Assembly: GCA_028534125.1 (NCBI GenBank)
Contig: CM052817.1
Location: 19,780,001-19,844,000, forward strand
DNA from: Lama glama
Lineage: Eukaryota
DNA: 64,000 bases
Reading direction: 5' to 3'
A program made the translations under genes and the position numbers. This document shows positions 1 through 12,560 of the stretch, in pieces. Position 1 is the first letter of the stretch; every line of letters starts with the position of its first letter. Below the pieces are notes generated by a model. That model did not search any database. It saw only the letters and a list, made by a program, of their open reading frames with translations, and was not told where the DNA came from.

Positions 1-579
1 AATCCAATTAGGTAAAAGATTCAAACTCTAGTTTTCTAATTGTAAACCCTGTATTAAATAGTCTATATATACCTTCTACCCCAGGCCACAAGACAAATTA
101 TAGCCTCAATGTGATAATGCTAGAAAGACTCAGTTACATGATGCTGACAGCCATTTTTTCTTTCCCTTTATATTTTGATCACTCTACCACTCTTAACACC
201 TTCTGGATCTCTGTACCTCTTTTGGTCCTCTCCTCCTACTCTTGGTATTTATTCTTCTAATTACTGTATTTTATCAGTTGTTGTCAAACGAAGTTTTACT
301 CAAAGAGAGACCACTTCAGTTTCTACCATTGCCTCTGTCCTATTTTCACTACACATGTGCCTTTTCTCACCCATACATACTTATATTCCATTAGCCACTA
401 TTGTCTACTGCTAGACTCTGATTTCTGGTTCTCTGGCTTCTAAAACCAGCCTCCTAAGTTCTGGGGGTGAAAATCACATTCATTGTCCTGCCATCTGACC
501 CTTGGAGATGTCATCTATGATGGGGTAGAGTTTTGGGAAAGGTGAAATGGGAACAATTTGGAATTACACCATTTATGTT

Positions 580-990
580 TTCATTCATTCACTTGGGCCT
601 GGGTCTCAGTGGTTTATGAGAAGGCAATATAGCAGGAAAAATTCAGAAAATCTTTTGTCCTCACAAAATTTATATTCTAATAAGGGAGGTAAATGATCAA
701 CAAATAAAAATAAATAGCTACATAATGCAATATTATGTACAGAGACTGCATGAAAAAAAGTAAAGCAGGGACAGGAAATACAGAGTAATGTAGTTGACGG
801 GATGTTTTAGGTTATTGTGTTCATGGAGAGTTTGCTAAGGAATAAGTTTTGGGCAGAGATCTGAATGAAGAGATTATTCTAATAACTCTGGAAGGAGCAC
901 TTTTGGAGTGAGAGCAGCCATGAGAAGATCACAATAGGGAGTAAAATGTTTCATTTGTGGAAAAAATAACTAAGGCCAGATTGACAGGAT
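580..990 (-). mobile_element. L2 LINE 3' fragment (ancient)
   Basis: TTCATTCATTC start followed by ...GTCCTCACAAAATTTATATTCTA...CAAATAAA pattern typical of the reverse-complemented L2 tail. Confidence 0.5.
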
Positions 991-1779
991 GCACAGTAAC
1001 ATCTTACATACAACAATATGGGTGAATCTTAAACCTTCTGTTTAGCATAATAAATTACAATTTGATTACATTCCTAAGAAGCTCAAAAAAGGACAAAATA
1101 ATTTATGATGTTAAAACAATAATTTATGTTGGGGAGAAAGGGGCAAACTGTATGGTTCCCTCTAAAGAGTTTGGAGTATTTCACTTTTTGATCATGGAAT
1201 ATTCTTTTCATAAAAATTCATTGAGTTTTACACACATAATTAATGTTCTCTTCTGTAGCAACTTTACTACAATAAGTATATTTTAGAAGTCTAAGTGCAG
1301 GGAAAGGACATAAGCCACACATTGGGGAAAGTCAATTGCAATACCAGGAACAGAGACACCATCAATCAAGGTCCTGAAATGAAAACACCATTGTATATTG
1401 TAGTAATTCGGCAGATATCTACTAGCACATCCTACAGAATAGATGAATTTCTAAAAAGCAACATTACTCAGGTTCTAACAGGGAGGAACTTACAGTAGCT
1501 TTTAAGAGCTAAACCAGACAATTGAAATGCATTTTAAAACAATGGGACTTCCAAAATGGTGGCATTCATACTATTCTATGGAATATAGTATAAAGCTATT
1601 GTTCAGTAGAAGAGACCAAGTACATATGAGGCAAGTGAACATTTGTTCATTAGGAATTTTATGAAGACAGATATTAATGAGCTGACATGTTGTTCCACTA
1701 CTTAAGGTCCTTGGTTTATTTCTCCATGCCTATTCAGATAAGATCTGAATTCTTTATAATGGCTTATTTCTCTCTTTTT

Positions 1780-2165
1780 TCTTCCTCACATGCTTCATTT
1801 GTCACTGAACACATACGTCCTGAAAATGCCTTCTCTTATCATTACACCTGTACTCACTGCTATTTTTGCGCTGAAATTTGCTGAAATATTCATCTGGCTA
1901 GTTCTTTCTCATCATCTATACATTTCTTTCTCAGTGATATTCTTAACTCCCCAATATGGACTTTTGCCCTTTGTTTGAACCTCTAACATAGGACACTGAC
2001 ATGGCAACCATCACTTCGTGTTATTAGTGCTTCTCACCTCTCTACTCCTGGCTGAACTGTAGAGCAGATGCTGTCTTGTCCACTGCTGAATACACACCAC
2101 CGAGCACAGAGTCTGGCACATAAGTGAGGCTTGATTCTTCTTGCTGAATGAATAAATGGAATGGA
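1780..2165 (+). mobile_element. L2 LINE 3' end
   Basis: Ends in AGCACAGAGTCTGGCACATAAGTGAGGCTT...TGCTGAATGAATAAATG, the L2 terminal motif. Confidence 0.6.
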
Positions 2166-4493
2166 AGGAAAGAAGGAGGAGAGAAGAAATCAAGGAAGGA
2201 CTGGATGGTGGAAAGACAAGACTGGACTAGAAATCTCTTTATTCCTGGCCCAAGGTTTTTCCTTTAAGAATGATCTACTCGAATGGATCTAGGGACAAGC
2301 AGAAATAAAAATTACAAAAATGATTCAAAAGGAAATTTGGGGGCTCTGACGACTCTTTAAAGTTTACTTGTTACAGTTTACTTGTGTCTTCTGAGAGTGC
2401 TAATGTGTGGCCAGATAATCTGATTTTTGTTTGTTTATTTGCTTAAAGGTAATCCATTGAAATGGTGGCTAGTAATTCTAGTGCCACTGTCATCTTTATA
2501 TTGCTAATTTGTGATTGATATGCTTAACAACAGTGCAAAATTTTTCTGCCTCAATTTTAAACCCTGCTTTTTGCTAATCTTCTACCATAGTCCATTCTAG
2601 ATATTTCATCTTCAGAATGATGATGATATCTTCAATTTTTCTTAAAGCACTGCCCTAAAGTTCTGAAGTTTTATTTGGAACATTCTCATGTGTCTTGAAA
2701 AAAAAGTCAATAGTGGTCGGTCTCCTCAATGTGACAGAAAGAAAGACAGTGTTTTTTATTTGACCTGATATTTTAACAAAATCATCTCATAAATTAACAA
2801 GTATTGGGAGCTTTTCCTTAATTTTTATTTTTTCCAATAAATTTGGAAGACTACGATATATGCTCTCTTGTCTTCTAATAATTCATTCTCTTTAATTATT
2901 TAAATGTATCATTGGACAAATAATTCTGCATTGGATTTGATTTTACATTTTTCTTGTATTTGAATTCCTATTTCTCTGTTTATGTTATGACACTTTTTTT
3001 GTACTCAGTTTTGAACAAAAGCAGCTAGAAGATCATATGCATCTGAAACTATAGTGACACAGATTATTTGGGCATAATCTTAAACAACTCAAAACAGTTA
3101 CCTGTTCTATTTTTTGCCTGTTGAGCCATAGATGGCTATCTCAGTTGTAAGTTAGAATTACCATTAAAACTTGTTTGTAATAATATATCATCTACCAAAA
3201 GAAAAAGTATCCATTTGACCTCTTCTAACTCTGGTTTTATTATTGAGCATTTAGCAGAATATTCACAATTTTAATGAGGTAAACTAAATTCTCCAATAAA
3301 GAACTTTAAGTTTATAAATCTGAGATTGTACATCAGGTTGTAAGTTGGGGATAACAGCATATTTCCAGGGTAATTAAATAGTAATAAAATAGGCACATTT
3401 CCTAGGCCATAGTCACAGATGTGAAAAGGGGAGAATTTTCAGCCTCGTGCAACACAAGAAATATACATCTTTTAAAATCATCATTAGCTCCCAAGATTAT
3501 AAGTAATATTTGATATTTTCCCCAGAATTTTCTATAATCCCAATTTACTTGTGTTCATTTACTCTGGGATTCACTTCTAAATTGTATGGTGTATAGCATC
3601 ATTTTAACTTCTCACTGTCTTTATTCTTAGTGCCCCCACCCCAGATTTGTTTCTGTGAAGGCTAATAGGCAAAGTTGGACATATTGAGGAGAAAGTCTTT
3701 GCTATGAGGCTTTCTCACATATCAGTTTTCATAAGCCTCATTAAACATATGTTTGTAATTGAGTCTTACTGTGCTCAGTTATCTAGAGTAATCCAAGACA
3801 AAAGCATGGTTGAGCCAACATCATTGATTTTAATTTCCTTTCCATTATAGTAGGTACATGATTAAGTTGCTGTCTCTTGGTAGAAAGCCAACAGCTACTA
3901 TTTTATAGAATATTTTTGCTCTTTTCTGAAAAAGTTTGCAATTAATTTACCAAAATGTTATTGATCACCTTCTATTTTTGACTTAACTGTCTTATGCTGA
4001 TACTTGAAAGACAAAGGAGAAACAAGAAGCTCAATGGAGGCATAAGCCAGATATGCAAATGAGTGACTGTCTTTTAAGGTGACCTACAGATTGTGCTAGA
4101 ATGATGGTTACTATGGTTACCTTCAGAGAAATAGTGAGGATTAAAAAGAAAAACATGAAAAAATTAAACTATTTACCTGTTCTGTTACTATTAACTATGT
4201 TAATTATTTATCTTTGTTATGACTGAGAAAAAAATACACAAGAAGAAAATATTTTCTTCATTAAAAGACGAGTAAGAGAAAACATTTAATACCTCTGCAT
4301 GAACATTTAAAAATTCACTTTTTGTAGGAGAGTATAGTCCTACATCAGAGATGTAGCTCTCATTTAGCTTAATCCAACAGCAGAATCTTCAACTGCTGCA
4401 AGCTATGATTTCTACTCTGTGTATCAGTTAGATTTTGCTTTTCAGTAAAAAAAAACAAAAAAACAATACAATTTAGCAGTTTAAAACAATACT

Positions 4494-5066
4494 TGAATCA
4501 GTTTCCTAATGCTAGATAACAATACCAGGAATTCAGCAGCTTAAAATAATACAGTGTTATTACATTACAGTTTCTATGTGTCAGGAGTCCACAAAGCTGA
4601 ATCAAAGTGTTGGCTGGCTGTGTCTTCACCTATAGGGTTGACTTAGGAAAGATCCACTTCCAAGATCTCGCAGGTTTTAGTTTTAGGCAGAATTCAATTC
4701 CTTGTAGTTGCAGAACCACGGTCTGGATTATCTTGCTAGGTATTGGCTGGTTACTGTTTCGGCTCCTAGAAATTGCTCTCAGGTCTTTGCCATTCAGCCC
4801 CTTTCTACTCCGCCCTGAAGCAACTCTCTTGAGTCAAAATCCTCTCATGCTTTGATCTTACTAAGCACCTTCTTTTGAGAGTAGCCAGAGAAAACTTTTA
4901 AAGGGCTCATGAGATTAGATCAAGCTCATCCAGATAATCCAGATAATCTCTGAAGGTCAACTGTGCCATATGTCATAACCTAATCATGGAAGGAAAACCC
5001 ATCAAATTCAGAATCTCAGGGATATAGTATGTGTATATAAGACAGGTGAGAAATCCGGCCTGTCAT
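4494..5066 (-). mobile_element. MaLR LTR (MLT1D/E-like), nested
   Basis: TGAATCAGTTTCCTAATGCT start; GATCCACTTCCAAG, GGCAGAATTCAATTCCTTGTAGTTG and CCAGATAATCTC MLT1 motifs. Confidence 0.7.
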
Positions 5067-5315
5067 AACCAATTTATAAATCTCATTAAGGTACTGGCCT
5101 GAGCTCAGCTAGTGAATTCTTCTGTATAGGATATTATTGGGGTTACATATGCAGCTGCAGTCAGCTGGACATTAGGCTGGGGCTGGGTTTTTTTATGATG
5201 ACCTTCTATGGAAGAGTTTAATGGAGAGTTGATTGAGGCCTCTCTCCACCTTGATTCATCCTCCATCAGGGTAGTCTAGTGCTTATTACTATAGCAGTGG
5301 TAAGAGCTCTGAGAT

Positions 5316-5388
5316 GGAGAGAGAGAGAGAGAAACAGGGAGAGACAGAGAGAGAGAGAAAGAGGGAGGGAGGGAGAGAAAGAGAGAGA
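5316..5388. repeat. GA-rich simple repeat
   Basis: (GA)n/(GGGA)n tract. Confidence 0.9.
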
Positions 5389-6249
5389 ATAACTGTACAA
5401 AGCTTTAGATGCTGAATTCATGCTTTGTCCCTTCTACCATACTGTGGCCAAAGAAAGCCAGAAGTCCTGCCCAGATTAAGTGAGTGGAGAAATACACTCC
5501 ACATCTTTAAGAAAAAGGAAGAATCTGTGCTTCTTTTTACTATCTACCACACTTACTTCTAGGTAAGATTAATTAGGAGAGAGAAGAAAAGGTTGCTAAG
5601 GGAAAATATATATTCATAAATATACAATGATTTAACATTTATATAATGTATTCTAAGAATTAATACTAGAATTATACAGTCAGTATTTTTGGCTTGGATG
5701 ATCTCAAAGAAAATTAAAATTTAGATGAGCCAGATAAACAAAACTCAAAAATAAGTTAATTTTTACAGCTATCTTGATGCAAGAGGATAGGTAAGAGGTG
5801 ACACTTTTAGCTAAAACTACATTTATTTCTTCTGTTTCAGTCTTGATTTGACCAGATTCTTCATATTTCAAGTGGTGGAATAAAAATCTTTGACTTGTCT
5901 TTCACATTTTATTCTCTGGGATGTATGCATATACAATGAAAGTAAAAACCACAAAACATCCTTCCTTTGTAACCGTTGTTTTAGCTTTTATAAATATTTC
6001 TATTTCTGTTTATCATAGCAGGTTGAAGGAACTTTGCAAAACCTAAATAGCCTTTTCCCATCTAATCAAGATTTGTTATGTGTCAACATTTTCCCCTTGC
6101 TTTGCAAAATCTCACAGGAAGATAATGGATAAAAGAACTGAAGGAGACACATCTATTTATTCATTGGACTCCTAGTCTCTCTTAGACAATGATATTCAAT
6201 TTACAGCATGAGTCAAGTGGGCGAAACTGAACATCTTCTCTACAATCAA

Positions 6250-6740
6250 TATTATCTTAATAGCCCAAGTGGTAGGAGTACGGCATCTAATACATTTTGG
6301 ACATAAGAGCCATTTTAAATTTTATCCCCATTGGAATTAAAAAGCTTTGTTTCCATAACAGTTCAAAATAGTAAAAGATACTCCAAAGACTTATATATAT
6401 AATGTTGGTAGTTTTGCCTTTTGCTAGAATACAAGACCCTGAGAGTGTATATAGCTCAGCTTGTTGGACCAAAGCAGCCAAAGATAAAGGTGCTGCTTCA
6501 ATTGTTTTAAAAAGAGTTGATATGGGATATCCAGCATAATATTTGCCATCCGTGAGCCATGAGAAATCTACATTATACAAAGTACTTTCTTGTGAGTCAT
6601 TATGAGGGGTCCAGGGGTGATTTGTCAGAGTCACACAGTCATGAGTATTCCCCTTTGTTTAAGAAGGAAGACGTGTAGCAGTAATAAAGTTATCAGAGTG
6701 AGAATAAGTTAAAAGTTAAATGGGAAGCAGTTAGCAAGAG
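6250..6740 (-). pseudogene. pol: ERV pol remnant: tether/connection and RNase H domain
   Basis: Translation gives [17 protein letters not shown], then FSWLTDG..YYAGY..IEAAPL...VQQAELYTLSGSCILAKGKTTNI, LWKQ..FL, KNGSYVQNVLDAVLLP, matching gammaretroviral RNase H motifs (WFTDGS, SAQxAELxAL, NIYTDS); frameshifted. Confidence 0.9.
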
Positions 6741-7630
6741 AACACATGAAAAGATGGTCAACACCACTAATCATTGGGGAAATGCAAATCAATACCACAG
6801 TGAGATATCACCTTACACCTGTCAGAATGCTGTTATCAAAAAGACAATAAATAACAAGCGTGGTGAAGATATGGGGAAAAGGGAACAATTGTACATTGTT
6901 GGTGGGAATGTAAATTGGTGTAGTCATTCTGAAAGACAATATGGGGATTTCACAAAAAATTAAAAATAACACTACCATATGATCCAGAGATTCTACTTCC
7001 AGCAATTCCACTTCTGAAGAAAACAAAAACACTAATTTGAAAAGATACATGCACCCTTAAGTTCATTGCAGCATTATTTATAATAGCCAAGATATGAAAG
7101 CAACCTAAGTATTCATCAATAGATGAATCGGCAAAGAATAAGTGATACATGAATATAATGGAATATTATTCAACTGTAAAAAAAGAATGAAATCTTCCCA
7201 TTTGTCGCAATATGATTAGCCCTAGAGGGTATTTTGTTAAGTGAAATAAATCAGACCAGAAAAGGAAAATACTGTATGATTTCACTTATATATACAATCT
7301 AATAAAACAAAACAACTGAACAAACTTAACAAAACATAAAGAAACTCAGAGAACAAACAGTAATCTGGCAGAAGAGAAGAGTGAGTGGAAGGGTAAAATG
7401 AGTGAGATTAAGAGTTACAAACTTCCAGTTACAAAATAATTGTCATCATGATGTAACATATAGCATGGGAAATATTGTAAATAATATTGTAAATATCCCT
7501 GTATGGTGACAAATGGTAACTAGGCTTACCTTGATGATTATTTTATAATTTATAGAAATATTGAATTACTGTGTTGTACACCCAGAACTAACAGTGTTGT
7601 AGGTCAATATACTACAATTAAAAAATAAAA
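6740..7630 (+). mobile_element. 5'-truncated L1 (ORF2 C-terminus, 3'UTR, A-tail)
   Basis: CACATGAAAAGATG..GAAATGCAAATC, GGTGGGAATGTAAATTGG, CCATATGATCCAG; A-rich tail at about 7620-7630; no TSD seen. Confidence 0.93.
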
Positions 7631-8744
7631 GCTACCTGAGTAGACTCAATATTTGAAGGAAGACCAGAATTTTATTTAAAGACAATTTGGAGCCAGTCAT
7701 AATATTTGTACATGAGCTCATTTGGCTTCTGAGTACAAGCCTGAATCTTATTCCAATAAATAGGATTTGAGAATCCCCTAGGAATTGCCTGATGAAGGCG
7801 TTTAGCAATTGTATAAGCCTGATCATATAACAAGCCAGCAGGGTCAGGTCCTGGCTCTAAATCTGAAGACCTTTCAGGGTTTTCTCAACTAGCAGTTTTC
7901 ATACAGTGTTAAGCCTGGCCTTCACTGACAAGCATATAAGCTAGATGATATAAGCCAGAGAAACTAGGTTAGTAAGTTTAGATTGGTATATTCAGTTCCT
8001 CAGAAAAACTTTGAGGACCCCTGGTTACTCTGGAAGAATCTTTTAATATGATTCATAGCTCAGCTTTAGCCCAAAGACTGTAAAAAATTAGGAGTTTAGA
8101 ATTTGGATCCTCAGAGGGTCTGACTTGAAAGGGATGGGTGGGTGGGTAATAGGTTCAGAAGAAAAGAAAATGAGGAAAGATTTGGAGAAAAATGGAAAGC
8201 CAGTTAGAGATTAGAAAGTGGAGGATATAAAGAAGGTGGAACTGATGCAAAAGCAAAGGAGGAAGATGGTTCACGGGTCAGGCTACAGTATCAGATGGCT
8301 GTTGTGTCTCTGGGGACAAAGGAGATGGAGATAAACAAGATGGTACTTGAGACAAAAAGGACAGTGGAGGGGAGACAAGACCTCTGCAGCTTTTTCTGTT
8401 TTCTTTCAATTGTTTGTTTCCCTCAGATTAGTTTCAAAACAATTTTTTTAAGAAGGTAATTTTAGAATTCTAAATACAGGAATCCTCAAGATACCAAAAA
8501 TAAGTATCCCATATAATTTGTTTAATTTTAGAGCCATGGCTTTCGAATTTGGTTCTTATAAAAACAAGTTTTGGGTGGTCAAAATTCCCCATAATGGCCA
8601 CTAAAGTTCTAAATTATTTTTGGTTAAGTAGCCCCATTTAGTTAAAAATGCACATGAGGTGGAACCATAGCTTTTAAACATAAAACTAGCAGAGATTCCA
8701 GAAGGAGAATCCTCCTAAAATAATTTATAGAATGTGGATGCCAT
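7631..8744 (-). pseudogene. gag: ERV gag remnant (matrix to capsid including MHR)
   Basis: ATG at 8744: MASTFYKLF*EDSPSGISASFMFKSYGSTSCAFLTKW..LEL*WPLWG; at 7830-7631 LHQAIPRGFSNPIYWNKIQACTQKPNELMYKYYDWLQIVFK*NSGL (major homology region); in-frame stops. Confidence 0.85.
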
Positions 8745-8883
8745 TAATCAAGGTCAGAGGTTCAGGAAAACAAATGAGTATTCACAAGAAAGTAGAAAGC
8801 CTTAAAATAAATGCACAGTAAAATCAAAGAGTTCAAAACAGAAAAAAAAAACAAAAACAAAAACAGTGCTTAGATCCAGGAGA

Positions 8884-8894
8884 AAACTTACCCT
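8884..8894 (-). promoter_or_regulatory. Proviral major splice donor
   Basis: G|GTAAGT in the leader between PBS and gag ATG. Confidence 0.55.
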
Positions 8895-8999
8895 CAAACT
8901 CAGCAAGAAAGGTTCAGCAAGAAAGCAGTGATCTCAGTGGGCTCTGTGGATACTGACACCTTCTTCACCAGCCTCAGAGTTGTTGGGGGTTGTCTCTGG

Positions 9000-9017
9000 A
9001 TCCCACTTCTGACATCA
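9000..9017 (-). promoter_or_regulatory. Primer binding site for tRNA-Leu
   Basis: Minus strand TGATGTCAGAAGTGGGAT, one mismatch from TGGTGTCAGAAGTGGGAT (complement of the tRNA-Leu 3' end), adjacent to the LTR end. Confidence 0.85.
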
Positions 9018-9723
9018 TATAAAGTTAATCTTAAAACTAAAATACATGGTTATTTTATTAGCAAAAGTAGTTTATTCAGGCTTAGCAGAGAACTTCAATT
9101 TGGGGGAAAAAACATGTTATGACAAAAACTGTAGGCAAGTCNNNNNNNNNNNNNNNNNNNNNNNNNNNNNNNNNNNNNNNNNNNNNNNNNNNNNNNNNNN
9201 NNNNNNNNNNNNNNNNNNNNNNNNNNNNNNNNNNNNNNNNNNNNNNNNNNNNNNNNNNNNNNNNNNNNNNNNNNNNNNNNNNNNNNNNNNNNNNNNNNNN
9301 NNNNNNNNNNNNNNNNNNNNNNNNNNNNNNNNNNNNNNNNNNNNNNNNNNNNNNNNNNNNNNNNNNNNNNNNNNNNNNNNNNNNNNNNNNNNNNNNNNNN
9401 NNNNNNNNNNNNNNNNNNNNNNNNNNNNNNNNNNNNNNNNNNNNNNNNNNNNNNNNNNNNNNNNNNNNNNNNNNNNNNNNNNNNNNNNNNNNNNNNNNNN
9501 NNNNNNNNNNNNNNNNNNNNNNNNNNNNNNNNNNNNNNNNNNNNNNNNNNNNNNNNNNNNNNNNNNNNNNNNNNNNNNNNNNNNNNNNNNNNNNNNNNNN
9601 NNNNNNNNNNNNNNNNNNNNNNNNNNNNNNNNNNNNNNNNNTCTTTCTTAATCTGTCTTTTATTATAGGGTGGCTCAGCCAAACCTCAGAGAGTAGAGGA
9701 AAAAATATTTTTCTCCCTAAACA
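9018..9723 (-). mobile_element. 5' LTR of the ERV1 provirus (middle lost in gap)
   Basis: Minus strand starts TGTTTAGGGAGAAAAATATTTTTTCCTCTAC..ATAAAAGACAGATTAA; AATAAA about 55 nt before the PBS; continuity across the gap is inferred. Confidence 0.65.
9142..9641. other. Assembly gap (500 N)
   Basis: N run. Confidence 1.
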
Positions 9724-9957
9724 TCACGTCACTCTGATAGTGACACTTGTGCTTCCCTTTTCTACATTTAAGAATCTTTATGATTATTTTGGGCCCACTG
9801 AATAATACAGGATAATCTCTCTATTTTAAGATCTGCTGACTAGCGACCTTAATTACATCTGCAAACTTAGTTCCTTTGTACATGTAACGTAACATATTCA
9901 TAGGTTCAAAAGATTAGGACGTGCATATCTTAAGGAGTCATTATTCTTTACACTATA
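9724..9957 (-). mobile_element. MLT1D-like MaLR LTR fragment, interrupted by the ERV1 LTR
   Basis: GGGCCCACTGAATAATACAGGATAATCTCTCTATTTTAAGATC..CCTTAATTACATCTGCAA..GATTAGGACGTG. Confidence 0.75.
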
Positions 9958-10829
9958 AGCACACACTGTATCCTTTATTGTGTCCCAAGTCTTCTATGAA
10001 GTTGAGGGAAGGCAGATAAAATCAGAAATGGACATATATGTTTATAATAAAGTATATTCATTAACAAATTAGATTCATTAGCGTTATTACTAAAATACTA
10101 TGTGACAAAGTAGGGAATTACTTCCAGTAGCTCAGGGAAACCTGCAAGATGGAAATGCTCTTATTTTTGACTCTCACTTTATAGATTTTTTTTTTTAGAG
10201 TAGAAATGCCTTGACTACTAGATGCCACTGACTGAGAGGAGTTAACTTCAATGATGTATCAATCTAATTTTCATTAGGACTTTTTATAATTTTTATCCCA
10301 CTGACAATATAGAAGAATAAAAATAATTTTGATCTGAAAATCATCAATGGCTTTGGAAATTCTGAAAAAAATGCTATTTTAATTATTTCTTGACAGTTAA
10401 TCATAAGTTCCAAGAGTATCTATGAAATGCCAAGTTGTTTCCATGAGGTATGAATCAGTCTAACTTCATTTTGGAAGAAATGTTTATCGAAAGTCTTGAA
10501 CAATTATTGCATACTAGGTGCGGGATAAACAAAGATGAAAAAGACACTGACCATTTCTGTGAAATGCACCATCATACTAGAAATACACTCAGAGTATTAG
10601 GGAGATAAGGAAAGGACATTTAAACAGCTTCAGAGTCAAACATCTTGTAGGAGGTGATAATTTGATTTTTAGAAAGGAGTAAGATTAATTTATGAGCGCA
10701 TACAAGAAGAAAGAGTAAAATGTATTTAGAGTTTCATTATTCTTTGCATCTGCTCCAGACAATGTGACAAGTTCTTAGACTCAAAGGAATCACTATTTTT
10801 CAAATCCTAACAAGATGAAACATAAGAGT

Positions 10830-12311
10830 AATTGTAAAAAAAAATACAATTAGTTCGTGAGGAAGGGTAAGATAAGAGTCTGCGGTACTAGATTAGAGTC
10901 AGAGTATCAAAAAGGAATAAGACACTTTTACTTTATATACAGATAGATATATACACACACACATACACATATGTATGTATTTTTTTATATGGCTTACTAT
11001 ACATACATATATTTCAAACTATGTTGAGAGAGCCTAGAAGCAGTGACACTCCAGTAACAATGAGCAATTCAGCACTACATCATAGTTTACAAACACCTTC
11101 TTTCTATAATATAAACCAAGTTTTCCGGAAGTGATGGCTGATTCTAGGGCTGGGGCAGGGATTATATAAGATAAGCCCAGTACACTATGTAGTTTCGGAA
11201 GGTGAGAAAGTGCTTATAAAAAAGATGACATATGTCAAAAAGATATTGGAGCCAACAATTCAACAGTTCCAATAGCCCAAGCTAGAACAATTTGAGCAAC
11301 AAAATAATGATGAGAGTAGTAGATTATCACCCAGATCATAAACAGAAATATACATGAATCCACATTGATATGAATAAATTATTGAATAAATCAAAGGATA
11401 AGAAGCAATAGACTTTTTAACAGAATTCCGCATAAATGTAGAAAGGATGAGGAAAAGAGAATATTAACATTAGAATATTATAGCAATAATTGCTATAAGT
11501 AAGTCCCTAGATGAATGCTAAAATTATTGTGCAAAATTTAAAGCAGAAACAATATATTCTGCAAAGTGTCAAAGTAATTTCCCCAAATATTAATTAATAG
11601 ATCTGGCAGTTTTATTATATATCTATAAATTATTTGATACTTTTCTTTCCATGAGGTGTTTTACTTCCCTTTCCTTGAGAGTAGGCTAGATATAGTGACT
11701 GCTTCTAAGGAATAGAATATGAAAAAGAAAAAAAAATACTCATTTTATAGTTGAGAAATCTAGTGGACACCACCTTAACCAAGAAATTAAGATTAAAATC
11801 AACAATTGTAAGTCATGCCAGTATCATATTCTACCTGATATTATGTGATAACAATGTCTTTTTACCTCAGCTGTATTATACCCCCAAAATGTATAACCCG
11901 AATCTAATCATAAGAAAACATTAGACCAACCTAAATCAAGGGATATTCAACAAAATACTTTGCCAGAACTCATCAAAACTGTCAAGGTCATGAAAAGGAA
12001 GAGAATGCTGATATTCTGTCATAGACAGGATACTAAGGAGATATGATGACCAAATACATGATGGTACTCTAGAATGGATCCTTTACCAGTAAAAGATCAT
12101 TAGTGGGAAAATATAATAAAATCTGAATAAAGTATTATAAGTGCTAATAAAATGTGAATAAAGTCTAACAAGTGGTGATGTATTAGTTTTTAAGTATGTA
12201 CCATCATTACAGACAATGTTAGTATTAGGGGATGCATGAAAGTTCATGGGGACTCATTAAATCATCTTGATAGTATTTAGTAAATCTAAAATGATTTCAA
12301 AATAGTTTTTA
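10830..12311 (+). mobile_element. Ancient L1 3' UTR (L1MC/L1MD-like)
   Basis: GAGCCTAGAAGCAGTGACACTCCAGTAACAATGAGCA, GATTCTAGGGCTGGGGCAGGG, CACCTTAACCAAG, AAACTGTCAAGGTCATGAAAA, TAAATCTAAAATGATTTCAAAATA. Confidence 0.8.
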
Positions 12312-12560
12312 GAAGTTGACAACTTGTCAGAGAATTTAATAGAAAGACTGTCAGAACTTTGCTTTCATTTCAGGTCTTTCTCAAACAAGCTGTGTTTCTT
12401 CTCTGGTTCTCAGCCTTCTGATTTGTAAAATGCAGAGGTAAAACAAGGTAATGTGCCTGCAATGCCATCTTCAGTGTTCTGTTATATGTAAGACTCAAAA
12501 TATGCTGAGCTATAATCTTGAATTTTTGTTAAGTGGATTGGCAAAAGCAGACATTGATAT

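Larger units (their letters stand above)
4418..5551 (-). mobile_element. Older MaLR LTR (MLT1-type), split by a nested MLT1 LTR
   Basis: TGTGTATCAGTTAG start, resumes at about 5067 (GAGCTCAGCTAGTGAATTCTTCTG) and ends TATCTACCACA. Confidence 0.55.
6250..9723 (-). mobile_element. Fossil class I (ERV1, gamma-like) provirus, 5' part: LTR-PBS-gag-[deletion plus L1]-pol RNase H; 3' end lost
   Basis: Collinear LTR, tRNA-Leu PBS, splice donor, gag and pol remnants, all on the minus strand. Confidence 0.85.

Noticed and set aside
6287..6634. 115-aa ORF as a functional or domesticated RNase H
   Set aside because: Catalytic motifs are damaged (deletion after TDG, IYTDS lost) and flanking frames are broken
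9046..9805. Long ORFs spanning N runs (also 25592-26230, 42651-43307, 50373-50915, 62325-63033)
   Set aside because: Length is an artefact of N codons translated as X
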